Assembly: GCA_030583885.1 (NCBI GenBank) | Contig: CP129480.1 | Coordinates: 2,418,714-2,482,713, forward strand | Direction of reading: 5' to 3' | Origin: Anaerolineales bacterium | Lineage (GTDB): Bacteria; Chloroflexota; Anaerolineae; Anaerolineales; Villigracilaceae | Length of the DNA: 64,000 nucleotides | Shown here: positions 1 to 10,002 of the stretch, in pieces | Layout: each line of letters opens with the position of its first letter | Position numbering within the stretch: position 1 is the first letter of the stretch | Made by a program: the position numbers and the translations under genes | Notes under the pieces: generated by a model | What the model saw: only the letters and a program-made list of their open reading frames with translations | What the model was told of the DNA's origin: nothing | The model's database searches: none

Positions 1-1282
1 CTGTCCGCACAGGGTTGAGTGCGTTCATCGCCCCTTGAAAGACAATCGAAATCCCGCTCCAGCGAATGTCATTTAACTCATCTTCACCCACAGTCACAAG
101 GTCTTTTCCATTGAAGTAAACCTCACCGTTGACGATCTGCCCCGCAGAGGGGAGCAGGCGCAGCATGGCAAGCATGAGCGTCGTCTTGCCGCAACCGCTC
201 TCCCCCACCAGACCGATCAACTCGCCTTCCTTCAGGGAGAAACTGACGTTTTCAACCGCTCGCGCGGGAGGCTGTCCCTCGTTCACATAGTTAATCGAAA
301 GATTTCGGACTTCCAGCAGGTTTTTTCTGCTGACAGGCACCGTGCCCGCTTCATGCGTGATGGGAGGCCTGCCCGGCATCAAGTGATGTGTCTCGACCCT
401 CGGGTTTAGTACCTGTTCAAACCCCTGCCCAAGCAGGGTTAAACCAAGCACCACCCAAACAATCCCAATGCCCGGAGCCACCAGGGCCCACCAGGCCCCC
501 GTGGACATGGCCCCCCGCCCAAATGCATAATTGAGCATTTGGCCCCACGAGAGGACGGTTGGGTCACCAAGCCCCAGGAAGGACAGGGCGCTTTCATTCA
601 GGATCGCAAGGGAAATAACCAGCACAGCCTGCACAACAAGGATGGGCATTACCATCGGCAGGATGTGGCGGGAAATGATGTGTCCCTTTCCCGCGCCAAT
701 TGCACGTGCGCGCAGGACGAATTTACGTGATTTCACCGCCAGTGTTTGTGAACGGACAACACGTGCGGTTGTCGTCCAGCCCAGCAGGCCGATCACAAAA
801 ATAATATTGAGCAGCGATGGCTTTGTCAGCGCGACAATGACGACCAGCAATGGCAGGTCCGGGATGACAAGCATGATGTCGGTAAAGCGCATGACGAAAT
901 TTTCCCAGCGTCCGCCAAAAAAACCTGCAACGAGTCCAAGGGTTCCGCCAATGACAATGGAGATGAATGCGGCGAAGAAACCAACAGTCAGTGAGACGCG
1001 TGCGCCGAAAACAAAATTGGAAAAAACATCCTGCCCGGCATCGTCCGTTCCAAACCAATGGTTTGCACTTGGCGGTTTATACACATCGCCAATACTTACC
1101 GAGGTTGAATATTCCCTGTCATATGGTGCGATGACTGGTGCGAAAATCGCCACCAGGATTATCGCGATAAGCATTCCCAGACCAACAATGCCTATGCGGT
1201 TCTTCTTGAAAATCTTCCAAAACCCCCGTAATCGCGCGGCGAACTGGCTTTGCGGTTCAGCTGTTTGTAATGCGTTTTGCAT
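1..1282 (-). CDS. Peptide/nickel ABC transporter permease (DppC/OppC-like) fused in-frame to ATP-binding subunit (DppD/OppD-like); runs off window edge
   Basis: Manual translation from ATG at 1282 (MQNALQTAEPQ...FGTDDAGQDV...SFLGLGDPTVLSWGQML) continues without a stop into NLLEVRNLSINY...GESGCGKT (Walker A)...FQGAMNALNPV; absent from the ORF track because it is open at the edge. Confidence 0.88.
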   Translation of the reverse strand, partial: MQNALQTAEPQSQFAARLRGFWKIFKKNRIGIVGLGMLIAIILVAIFAPVIAPYDREYSTSVSIGDVYKPPSANHWFGTDDAGQDVFSNFVFGARVSLTVGFFAAFISIVIGGTLGLVAGFFGGRWENFVMRFTDIMLVIPDLPLLVVIVALTKPSLLNIIFVIGLLGWTTTARVVRSQTLAVKSRKFVLRARAIGAGKGHIISRHILPMVMPILVVQAVLVISLAILNESALSFLGLGDPTVLSWGQMLNYAFGRGAMSTGAWWALVAPGIGIVWVVLGLTLLGQGFEQVLNPRVETHHLMPGRPPITHEAGTVPVSRKNLLEVRNLSINYVNEGQPPARAVENVSFSLKEGELIGLVGESGCGKTTLMLAMLRLLPSAGQIVNGEVYFNGKDLVTVGEDELNDIRWSGISIVFQGAMNALNPVRT

Positions 1283-1285
1283 TAG

Positions 1286-2314
1286 TTACTCCGTTTGCAC
1301 GCGCGGGTCAAGATACGTATAGGTCAGGTCGGCGACAAGATTGGCGAGGATAACCGCCACTGCGATCAGCAGGAAAGCACCCTGCAATACCGGGAAATCA
1401 CGCCGTCCAACCGCCTCGAAAATGGCACTGCCCAATCCCGGCCAGGAGAAGACCGCTTCAATTTGAATGGCGCCGGCAACGGTAAACCCCAAATTGATCG
1501 CAATGACCGTCACCAACGGAAGCATTGCGTTCTTAAGGGCATGGTCCTTGAGTATCTGAAACATACTCAACCCTTTGGCCTTGGCAGTCAGAATATAATC
1601 CTCCGACAGCACATCGATCAGGCTCGAGCGCATGATCAGCGTGTATTCACCCATGTACACGATGGTATAGGTCAAGGTGGGCAGGAACATATGACGGGCA
1701 ATATCGCCCCATTGCTGCAGGAGCGGCAGGGAGCTTGCGCCCGGGGTCGCCTTGCCTGCCAGCGGGAAGCCGTTTGCGCTTCCCCAAAAGAGAAGAATGA
1801 TTCCTAGCCAGAACGTCGGCAGACTCCACGCGATCAAGCTTGCCATGACCGCGCCATAATCAATGGCAGTCCGCGCCTTCCACGCGGCGAGAATTCCGAA
1901 GATCATGCCGAAAATAATGGAAAGTATCTGCCCGGCGCCAATCAAGAGCACCGTGTTCCACAACCGCTGGGCTAATAGCTCCGCCACCGGGCGGTTGCTG
2001 TGGTAACTGAACCCCAACTCGCCCTGCACCAGGTTGCGGACATAGATAAAGAATTGCGTTTCCATTGGGTTTACGGCGCAGCTTCCAAACTCGATTGGGT
2101 TCAAAGAGTCGAAGCAATTGATGACCGGTTTATCCAACCCAAATCGGACGCGCAGCATCTCAACCGCCTCCTTTTTCAAACGAGGATCGCGGACGCCAGC
2201 CCGCGCCGGGTCGCCGGGCAGGACGCGGAACAAAAAGAAGTTCAGCACAATGACAAACAGGATCGTAAAAATGGACCAGGCTATTTTTCGAAGAAGGATG
2301 CGGGTTCGATTCAA
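1286..2314 (-). CDS. Peptide ABC transporter permease (DppB/OppB-like)
   Basis: LPGDPA N-terminal motif, EDYILTAKAKGL EAA motif, IEAVFSWPGLG. Confidence 0.93.
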   Translation of the reverse strand: MNRTRILLRKIAWSIFTILFVIVLNFFLFRVLPGDPARAGVRDPRLKKEAVEMLRVRFGLDKPVINCFDSLNPIEFGSCAVNPMETQFFIYVRNLVQGELGFSYHSNRPVAELLAQRLWNTVLLIGAGQILSIIFGMIFGILAAWKARTAIDYGAVMASLIAWSLPTFWLGIILLFWGSANGFPLAGKATPGASSLPLLQQWGDIARHMFLPTLTYTIVYMGEYTLIMRSSLIDVLSEDYILTAKAKGLSMFQILKDHALKNAMLPLVTVIAINLGFTVAGAIQIEAVFSWPGLGSAIFEAVGRRDFPVLQGAFLLIAVAVILANLVADLTYTYLDPRVQTE

Positions 2315-2339
2315 GGCATTCTCCCGGATTGGGGATTGC

Positions 2340-2369
2340 GTCGGGTGCGGGAATCTTCCCGCACCCGAC
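2340..2369 (-). terminator. Perfect hairpin between the substrate-binding and permease genes (terminator or mRNA-stabilising stem)
   Basis: GTCGGGTGCGGGAA-TC-TTCCCGCACCCGAC, 14-bp perfect inverted repeat. Confidence 0.65.
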
Positions 2370-2378
2370 CCTTACGAC

Positions 2379-4013
2379 TTATTTGACTGGTTCAATAACC
2401 ACCAGTGAGGTTACATCCTCAAGTGCCACCTTGGCCTCGTTTGTGATCCAGCCGGTGAAACGGTCTGTGCGGAATGCCTGAACATTGGCATCGTAGAACG
2501 GGATTATATATACAACATCATCGTGCACGATCCGCTGCATTTCCCAAACAATGTCCTTGCGGGCATCAAAATCCAATGTGACCTGTTGCTTTGCATACAA
2601 TTCGTCGTATACAGGGTTGGAATAACCGGTCTCACTGGATCCGGTGGGGATGCTTTCGGTGGTGTAAACGTACAACAAGGCGCTTGGGTCAGGATCGGAT
2701 GCCCAACCCCAAATGATGATGTCAAAGTCAAAAGCGGGACAGCATTGAGCGGTTAACGCATCCGGGTCCACTGCCTGAAGTTCCAGTTCGATCCCGATCT
2801 CCCCCCACATCTGACTTAAGAGTTCCGCCATGCGGGGTGCATTGATGCTGTCACTGGGCCAGTTCATGCGGAAGCTAAGCGGAAGCGAGCCGTCCGGCAT
2901 TTCGCGTACACCATCGTTGTTTGTATCTGCGTACCCGCCATTGTCAAGGATTTCTTTCGCCTTGGCAACATCATACTCAAAGTCCTCAATCGAATCGTTG
3001 TACCACACGCCCAGTCCGTCGGGGATGAGCGTTAGGCCGGGCTCGCCAAGGCCGAGCAGGACCAGATCGATCAAACGCTGCTTGTCCGTGGCGTGTGACA
3101 TGGCAAGGCGTACATCGCGGTCGCGCAGGGCCGGATGGCCGGAACAGATGCCGCCCTCGTCGACCGGGCAATTCTCAGGGTCCATCTGATTGAAGATGAT
3201 GTCGGTGACGCCCGGCGCAAGAGGTGCGCCGACCACCAGTTCGATGTTCGGGTCTTCGTCCAGCGCTGCCGCCGCCGTATTTGGCATTTCGGTGATCATA
3301 TCCACCTGACCGGTCTTGATCGCCTGCACAAGCGCATCCTGGTTGGCAAAGGTCTGGAAGATCACTTCGTCCACCTTGGGAGGCGTGTAGAAATGCTCCT
3401 TGTTCGCCTGCAGACGGACAAATTCATTCTGCACATACTCCGCCATCTTGAACGGGCCGGAGCCGATCATTTCAAAATTCTCGTATTCGAGCTTGTCCTC
3501 GTTCTCCCAGATATGTTTCGGAAGAACGTACAGGAACACCAGCTGGCTTTCGATGTTGGGGATCGCCTCCGTCAGCGTAAGAATGACCTCATTGTTTTCC
3601 GTGGCCTCGATCGAGTCAAAGTACGGCGTGTAATATCCATTCATATAGGGATATTCAGGCGTATCCTTGTATAGATTGTAGGAAAATGCGACGTCCTCGG
3701 CGGTCAGGGGCTGGCCGTCATGCCACATGACCCCGTCGCGGATCTTAAATGTGTAGACGATGCCGTCATCCGAGACATCCACACTCTCTGCAAGGCTGAG
3801 GGTGAAGGACCCATCCAGGTTGAGTTCGTACATGGAGTCATATACCTGTTCGAAGATCGTATATGCCTCCACCAGGATCGCCATGCCCGGATTCAGCGTA
3901 TCCGGACTGCCGGCCCAGCCGATGCGTACAACAGCCGCCTGTCCGCCCCCGCCTCCGCATGCGGAAAGCACCAGCGCAACAAGCACGATCACATACAGCA
4001 CTTTCTGTTTCAT
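2379..4013 (-). CDS. Peptide ABC transporter substrate-binding lipoprotein (family 5)
   Basis: Start MKQKVLYV, lipobox LSAC, WHDGQPLTAEDVAFS, GSGPF motifs. Confidence 0.93.
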   Translation of the reverse strand: MKQKVLYVIVLVALVLSACGGGGGQAAVVRIGWAGSPDTLNPGMAILVEAYTIFEQVYDSMYELNLDGSFTLSLAESVDVSDDGIVYTFKIRDGVMWHDGQPLTAEDVAFSYNLYKDTPEYPYMNGYYTPYFDSIEATENNEVILTLTEAIPNIESQLVFLYVLPKHIWENEDKLEYENFEMIGSGPFKMAEYVQNEFVRLQANKEHFYTPPKVDEVIFQTFANQDALVQAIKTGQVDMITEMPNTAAAALDEDPNIELVVGAPLAPGVTDIIFNQMDPENCPVDEGGICSGHPALRDRDVRLAMSHATDKQRLIDLVLLGLGEPGLTLIPDGLGVWYNDSIEDFEYDVAKAKEILDNGGYADTNNDGVREMPDGSLPLSFRMNWPSDSINAPRMAELLSQMWGEIGIELELQAVDPDALTAQCCPAFDFDIIIWGWASDPDPSALLYVYTTESIPTGSSETGYSNPVYDELYAKQQVTLDFDARKDIVWEMQRIVHDDVVYIIPFYDANVQAFRTDRFTGWITNEAKVALEDVTSLVVIEPVK

Positions 4014-4235
4014 ATCTTCTCCTCTCAAGAGTTGAACAGATTTCGGTTTCCCTGAAAATAATATACGCCACGGCAGAATCAGCTGCCGTGGCGCCGGAGC
4101 GTTGGGATTGTTTGCATTCACCGAAGGGAAACACATCAGGCTTAAATTTTACTGTAAATTCCAATTTCGGGATAGCGTGGATTTTCCCGTGATTTTCCGG
4201 AGCATCATCTGTTTATTGGTAAAATCTACGAAAGG

Positions 4236-6098
4236 ATGATCAACATGGAAAATCCCATCAAGCTGACTGAAAAATACGAACGCAACGGATGGCCCGCACT
4301 CAAGCGGACAGACCTTAAACCTCCCCCTGGATTAACCCTCCCGCTTCTGACTTCCCTCGAGCGGGTTCGGTCGCACATGCTTTCATCTCAGGGACGGATC
4401 GCCTGCATCAAGGATGGCGAAACCTCCTCGGATGTGTTCAGCATACCCGCAAGTGGCGGCTGGCTGGCGCGCCTCTCCACCGACCGCAGTCTCGCCCCGT
4501 TTTGGGATGATGAAATCCCGCAATGGTCTCCCGACGGAAGCTGGCTGGCATTCGGCTTAAACGGACATGTCCACATCGTCCCGCATGATGGCGGCTTGCC
4601 GAAAAAGATCACAGACTTCGCCTCCGCCGCGAGCGGTCCGCGCTGGATGCCAGACTCGCACGCGTTGATCGTCACCGTGGAGCGGGAGGATACCGACCAA
4701 CTCCTGCTGACAGACCGTGAAGGCTCCTGGCCCCGCGCATTGACGACTGATACCATCGGCGACCATTGGGATGCACGCCCGTCACCTGATGGGAAATTCA
4801 TCGTCTACAACCTGCGGCGCTTCGATGACTTGAACCGACTCGATATTGTCCTGCTGGAAATTGCGACGGGCAAACAAACCACGCTGTACGGCAAGCCGTC
4901 CACGCGGGCGACGACGCCGAAATGGTCTCCCGACGGCAGGTGGATATCGTTCATCGCGCAGGAAGGTCAATTCGAGGAACTGTATCTCATCAAGCCCGAC
5001 GGCGAAGGCTTGCATCAACTCACCAAGGCTGAACAGGATATCTTCCAGTACGAATGGTCGCCTTCGGGCAGGCAAATCCTTGCAGTGGCGAACAAGCAAG
5101 GCTCGATTGAGTTGAGGCTTGTTGAAACAGAATCAAGCTCAACGTCTGACCTGCGAAGCGAGGTTGGTATCCATTCCAATCCGTATTGGTCGCAGGATGA
5201 GTCCTTCATCACCTTTGAATTCGAAGGTCCTGCGCTACCGCCTGAGATCTATCGCATGGATCTGAAAACAAAGCAGGTTACACAATTGACCTTTTCAAAT
5301 CCACCTGCAATGATGAAAAATAAATTTGTCGTGCCTGAGATGGTTTCATACAAAAGCCACGACGGTTTGGACATTCCCGCGTTTTTGTATCGCCCCAAAA
5401 AATCGAATGGCGCAGCCATCCTGTATCCGCATGGCGGACCAAAAGACCAGTATATTTTTGGCTGGGATGAAGTGGCGCAGTATTTCACTGCGAAAGGCTA
5501 CACCTATCTTGCGCCGAATTACCGCGGCTCAACAGGCTACGGAAAAGATTTCGAGCGTGCAAATTACAACGACTGGGGCGTGGGCGACATGAAGGACTGC
5601 CTGCACGGTGCGAAGTACCTGCGGACATTGAAAGGCGTGAAACCAGACCGCATTGGAATTGCGGGCGGAAGTTATGGGGGCTACATGACCATCAACACGC
5701 TTTCACGCGACCCGGAATATTTATTTGCCTGTGGCATTACCAAATACGGCGACTCAAATTTGATCAGTTCCTGGGCGCAATGCGAGAAACGCCTGCGGCT
5801 GTATACTGAGATCTTTTTGGGGCATCCCGCCGACAACATGGAAATTTATTTGAAAGGATCACCCATCACCGAGGCGAAGAACATCCAAAAACCTGTGCTG
5901 ATCCTGCATGGACTGCTTGATACGATTGTCCCGCCCGAAGCCAGCGAGGAATGGGCTGAAACCCTGCGCCGCGAGAACAAGGTCTTCGAGTACAAGACGT
6001 ATGCCACCGAGCCGCACGGCTTTTTAAAGCGCAAAAACCTGCTGGATGTATACGAACGCATGGAACGCTTTTTGGATTGGTATTTGTTACCGAGGTAA
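4236..6098 (+). CDS. S9 family peptidase (acylaminoacyl/dipeptidyl peptidase) with beta-propeller (WSPDG repeats)
   Basis: Multiple WSPDG repeats; HGGP, NYRGSTGYG, GGSYGG nucleophile motif, LHGLLD, EPHGF. Confidence 0.92.
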   Translation: MINMENPIKLTEKYERNGWPALKRTDLKPPPGLTLPLLTSLERVRSHMLSSQGRIACIKDGETSSDVFSIPASGGWLARLSTDRSLAPFWDDEIPQWSPDGSWLAFGLNGHVHIVPHDGGLPKKITDFASAASGPRWMPDSHALIVTVEREDTDQLLLTDREGSWPRALTTDTIGDHWDARPSPDGKFIVYNLRRFDDLNRLDIVLLEIATGKQTTLYGKPSTRATTPKWSPDGRWISFIAQEGQFEELYLIKPDGEGLHQLTKAEQDIFQYEWSPSGRQILAVANKQGSIELRLVETESSSTSDLRSEVGIHSNPYWSQDESFITFEFEGPALPPEIYRMDLKTKQVTQLTFSNPPAMMKNKFVVPEMVSYKSHDGLDIPAFLYRPKKSNGAAILYPHGGPKDQYIFGWDEVAQYFTAKGYTYLAPNYRGSTGYGKDFERANYNDWGVGDMKDCLHGAKYLRTLKGVKPDRIGIAGGSYGGYMTINTLSRDPEYLFACGITKYGDSNLISSWAQCEKRLRLYTEIFLGHPADNMEIYLKGSPITEAKNIQKPVLILHGLLDTIVPPEASEEWAETLRRENKVFEYKTYATEPHGFLKRKNLLDVYERMERFLDWYLLPR

Positions 6099-6101
6099 TC
6101 C

Positions 6102-6585
6102 ATGAATATTGTCATCCGTTCCGAATTTCCTGAAGATCATTCGCATGTCGAAACAATTCACACATCCGCCTTCCGCACGGATGCCGAGAGCAAGGTTGTG
6201 AATGCCATCCGTGCAAACGGCAACGCAACGATCTCTCTCGTGGCTGTTATAGACGAGAACGTGGTCGGTCATATTCTTTTCAGCCCTGTCACAACTCACC
6301 CACCAACTCCCGAAAAGGGATTGGGTCTCGCGCCCGTTGCAATTCATCCCGATTTTCAAGCGCAAGGCGCCGGCTCGCAGTTGATCCGCGCAGGATTGGA
6401 GCGATGCAGAGAACTCGGTTACGACTACGCGGTTGTGCTTGGCGGTCCCAAATATTACATGCACTTCGGGTTCGAGAAGGCAAGCGCGTTTGGTCTGCAA
6501 AATGAGTACGGCGATGAAGTTTAAAGCCTTGCCTGCGGGTGGACTTGTGAAATACACATCTGAATTTTCCGTGTTTTTTGTTTGA
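6102..6585 (+). pseudogene. YhbS-like GNAT acetyltransferase with C-terminus shifted out of frame (ORF stops at 6524)
   Basis: VGHILFSPV...LGLAPVAIHPDFQAQGAGSQLI GNAT motifs; family-like tail ALPAGGLVKYTSEF is in the +1 frame at 6526-6585; may still be functional as a 140-aa protein. Confidence 0.6.
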
Positions 6586-6619
6586 GTGAAGTTTGAAGGA
6601 AATAAAGAGAGGCGATGAA

Positions 6620-7801
6620 TTGGCTACGCGCAAAACTGAGTTTTTCTATTACGACGGATTGACTTGGGATGTCGTTGCGGAATTACCGCGGGATACGCCG
6701 CTAATTCTTCCGCTTGGCGCGGGCTATGATATGGGCATGCTCGCCGATCAACTCAGCCGCCCTGCTCAAATCGGCTTGCTTCCAGCCTTTCCCTTCGGTT
6801 GGCGTGGCAGCGGGCTGGAAGTGCCAGATCAATTCTTCTGGCACTACATTACAAACCTGCTGGACAGCCTGCGTGATGACGGCTTTACCCGTGTCTATTG
6901 TCTTACGCCGCAGGGAATTGACCCGCAATCGAGCTTTCTCGGAGCCCATTCTCCCATCATTCTGCGGCAGTTTCATCCATCGCAAAATGCGCCAAAGCCG
7001 TTTCTCCCGCCCGATAGGGAACGCGGCAAAGTGATTCTGATTCCCATCGGTCACACCGAACAGCACGGCTATCACCTGCCCCTCTCGGTGGACACGATTA
7101 TTATTGAAGCCATCGCGAAGGGCACAGCAAATTTAAAACTGGCTACACGCAGTTATACATTACCCGTCATGCCTTATGGCGTGAGTACGCATCGCTCGTC
7201 CTTTGCGGCGACGATGAACGCAGGCGGGCGCGTCTTCGAAGATTTCTGGCTGGCGGTGGTGGATGTGCTCGTCGCGCGCGGGTTCGACCGCTTCTATTTG
7301 ATGAGCGGACATGGCGGCAACTCGTCGTTCTTGGTCAACATCGTGAAGTATGCCGGGGAACGGCATCGCCGCATCTTCTGCGCCACAGCCTGGCTGCACA
7401 CTTCCGGCAGGATTGGCGCTGAAGCATTGGAGAAATACCGCACTTCTCCCATTGGCGGCATGGGACATGCGGGCGAGTTGGAGACCTCCTACATGCTGCA
7501 CCTGCGCCCCGACCTGTGCAAAATGGAGCGCGTAGTGGACGAGACAGATTTCATCGCCACGCCCGACTATTACATGGACTGGATCGAGGGCGGCTCCCTC
7601 GTCGCGAATCCGCCCTGGGGTGACGATACAGCTACCGGTGCGTATGGGGCGGGAAGTCACGCCACCGCAGAAAAAGGCAAGCTATGGCTGGAAGCCGCGA
7701 TCAAAGAAAAAGCCGACCATGTTGAACAGATCCATGAACAACACGAACGGCGCGAAAAAAGGCGAAATGAAGGTTATGGCTTGTGGGGAAAGGTCATATA
7801 G
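6620..7801 (+). CDS. Creatininase/creatinine amidohydrolase family protein with extra N-terminal domain
   Basis: GHTEQHGYHLPLSVD, GHGGN, HAGELETS metal-binding motifs; TTG start after AGAGAGG. Confidence 0.85.
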   Translation: MATRKTEFFYYDGLTWDVVAELPRDTPLILPLGAGYDMGMLADQLSRPAQIGLLPAFPFGWRGSGLEVPDQFFWHYITNLLDSLRDDGFTRVYCLTPQGIDPQSSFLGAHSPIILRQFHPSQNAPKPFLPPDRERGKVILIPIGHTEQHGYHLPLSVDTIIIEAIAKGTANLKLATRSYTLPVMPYGVSTHRSSFAATMNAGGRVFEDFWLAVVDVLVARGFDRFYLMSGHGGNSSFLVNIVKYAGERHRRIFCATAWLHTSGRIGAEALEKYRTSPIGGMGHAGELETSYMLHLRPDLCKMERVVDETDFIATPDYYMDWIEGGSLVANPPWGDDTATGAYGAGSHATAEKGKLWLEAAIKEKADHVEQIHEQHERREKRRNEGYGLWGKVI

Positions 7802-7802
7802 C

Positions 7803-8504
7803 TTACTTCCTGACCTCAAAAGTCACGCGCATCTCACAGAATGAAAAATTCCCGACCCGCAACATCCAGTTTGCGGCATATTCCCCCGGCACCTTGGGGG
7901 CTTTAAACAATACCCGCAAATTGATTTTGCCCCCGGACGGTACGTTTTTCGCAAGATCCTGGATCGACTTGCCCTCATGGCGATATCCGCTTTTGTAAAT
8001 GAAGTCAATCGTTGTGGTCGTCCAGTTCTTTGTGCCGGTGTTCAGCACGGTCCAGGTCACATAAAATTCCTTGTCGGCCTGAACCACCCATCCTCTAGGC
8101 GGATTTACTCCTCGAACCGTGCAGGTCCACGGCCTGCCGGTAAATTTGATCTCATCGCCCGAGCCGCCGGAACCGCTCACCGACCCTGGAATTCCCGCTG
8201 CTGCGTATGTCGGATCTACGGTTTCAACCGGCACAGTGACTGTAATTATGAAAAAAGGGGTTGCGGTGGACGGCTCTGCAATCAACGTCGATGCCGGTTC
8301 GCGCGTGAGGGTGGGCGTAAAGGTCGGAGGTTGGGCGGCCGAAGTTTGAGTCTGGGCAATGGAAACAGTTTCGACGATGATCGTTTGTAATAAGGCCTGA
8401 TCCGCAGGATTCGCAACCTGGGTGGGCGAAGGTGTGATCATGCCGGGAAGCATACATGTCAGCGCAATTGGCAGCAAAACCAATAGAGGAGTTAATTTAC
8501 GCAC
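7803..8504 (-). CDS. Secreted/lipoprotein with Pro/Thr-rich linker and C-terminal NBR1-Ig-like domain
   Basis: Signal-like N-terminus with Cys, PTFTPTLT linker, FYVTWTVLNTGTKNW...APKVPGEYAANW. Confidence 0.7.
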   Translation of the reverse strand: MRKLTPLLVLLPIALTCMLPGMITPSPTQVANPADQALLQTIIVETVSIAQTQTSAAQPPTFTPTLTREPASTLIAEPSTATPFFIITVTVPVETVDPTYAAAGIPGSVSGSGGSGDEIKFTGRPWTCTVRGVNPPRGWVVQADKEFYVTWTVLNTGTKNWTTTTIDFIYKSGYRHEGKSIQDLAKNVPSGGKINLRVLFKAPKVPGEYAANWMLRVGNFSFCEMRVTFEVRK

Positions 8505-8540
8505 ACAGGCTCCATAAAATCAAGATAAGTATAACATGCG

Positions 8541-9959
8541 TCACCCTTCGAATTTTTTGATGAACGACTCTCCTTTTGCAATAAAATCATCATGGTCATC
8601 CGGTGCTGGTGCGGACGCCATCATCTCCCGGGTTTTTTCACGAAGGACCTGACGTGCGGGCGGAGCACCTGCCTCCTGCCATTTTTCCATGCTGTAGCGC
8701 GGATACACGCCGCTGACATAATAGCCGCTTTTGTAGTTTCGCAGCGTGGATGGTTGGTTGAGAAAACTTTTACCCGGTCCCACCTTGAAGATTTCATCCA
8801 CCGCCGAGTTCATATCGTCCAGTTGAAAGCCATCGTGGATGCGGAGAGCCTGGTCAATGATCTCATGGCAGTGAACGATGGTGGTTGGCGAGATGGACTT
8901 CGAGCCAAGGGAATCTCCTATGAACGGCGCCAGATGTCCGTGTGAGAGAAGAAGCGCAAGGGTGTTCATCCAGTAGGTATCGGCGGCGATCAAATCCATG
9001 CCCCAGCCGGTCCCGCTTCCTGAAGTGGAACAATGCGGGAGGCCGTACTGCTTCATCATTTCCGAGCAGGCAACGCTGATGAGGATGCTCTGCGGGTCGT
9101 AGAAGTTGAGCATGGTGCGCATGTCGAAATACACGGGCAACATACCAAGCAGGATCGGCGCGCCTTTCTTGATGGTCTGGCTGACAACCAGCCCTGCGAG
9201 CAGTTCCGCCATGAGCAGGGTCAGTGTGCCCGCAGGCGTGAGCGGCGTGGACGCGCCAGCCATGCTGTAATTGGAAAAGATGACCGGCAATCCGCGTTCG
9301 ATGGCGACTTTCATTTTGTCCACGGTGCCGGCGTTCATAACCAGCGGGCTGACGGGATTGAAATACGGGATGACGAAGGGTTTGTCGCCGAGGGCTCTGT
9401 CGTGCAGTAACTCGAACATCTCCAGCACATCGGCGAATTTGTTTTCGTCTGAGACAAGCAGGACAAGCGGTTTGGTTGTATTGGCAATGTGTTCGAGCGA
9501 ACCATACAGGTCACCGAGTTCTTCGGAGACATCGCGTACGATACCCACGGTAGAGATGACATCGTAATATTTCAGACTCGAGCCCAAGCGGACCAGGTCG
9601 CGGAAGTTTTGGCGTTTGAAAATGTCGAGCGTTTCATCCACAGGGTTTTGATAGAACAGCGCGGTCACCCCCACCCCAAACCGCAGGCGGTCTTCGCCCA
9701 GTTTCAGCTTGTGTTCGCCGCGGCGGTCGTAGACATCGATCGTCTTCGGCGTGGACTTGATCGCCTCTTCCACAATTTCCGGCGGGAATTTGATCAGGCG
9801 GTCTTCTGCTTTCAACCCCAACTTCCATTCGAGTAAATGCAAAATCTCAGGCGAATCGACACGCACGCCTGTTTCACTCAAGACCTTCAATACATTCCGG
9901 TGTGCTTCCTGTATTTGTTCGTCATTCATTAAAGTCAATCGCGGGCGGACGTTGTTCAT
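8541..9959 (-). CDS. Trimethylamine methyltransferase (MttB/MtgB) superfamily protein, no pyrrolysine
   Basis: LKVLSETGVRV, IKFPPEIVEEAIKSTP, FNPVSPL, AGASTPLTPAGTL, SPTTIVHCHEII...GPGKSFL; GAGGAG RBS before ATG 9959. Confidence 0.85.
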   Translation of the reverse strand: MNNVRPRLTLMNDEQIQEAHRNVLKVLSETGVRVDSPEILHLLEWKLGLKAEDRLIKFPPEIVEEAIKSTPKTIDVYDRRGEHKLKLGEDRLRFGVGVTALFYQNPVDETLDIFKRQNFRDLVRLGSSLKYYDVISTVGIVRDVSEELGDLYGSLEHIANTTKPLVLLVSDENKFADVLEMFELLHDRALGDKPFVIPYFNPVSPLVMNAGTVDKMKVAIERGLPVIFSNYSMAGASTPLTPAGTLTLLMAELLAGLVVSQTIKKGAPILLGMLPVYFDMRTMLNFYDPQSILISVACSEMMKQYGLPHCSTSGSGTGWGMDLIAADTYWMNTLALLLSHGHLAPFIGDSLGSKSISPTTIVHCHEIIDQALRIHDGFQLDDMNSAVDEIFKVGPGKSFLNQPSTLRNYKSGYYVSGVYPRYSMEKWQEAGAPPARQVLREKTREMMASAPAPDDHDDFIAKGESFIKKFEG

Positions 9960-10002
9960 AAAGTCATTCTCCTCGCCTGCAATTTTATCCCATGATGTGC
10001 CT

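Noticed and set aside
531-1322. Long antisense ORFs (also 14195-15421, 20483-21403, 48495-49448, 18012-18986 and others)
   Set aside because: Shadow frames of well-supported genes on the opposite strand, expected in GC-rich DNA; no motifs or RBS support.
6620-7801. Mycofactocin peptidase MftE / RiPP cluster
   Set aside because: No precursor peptide, radical SAM or RRE gene nearby; only the family-level assignment is supported.
8541-9959. Pyrrolysine read-through in the MttB homologue
   Set aside because: The ORF is continuous with no in-frame TAG and ends in TGA.
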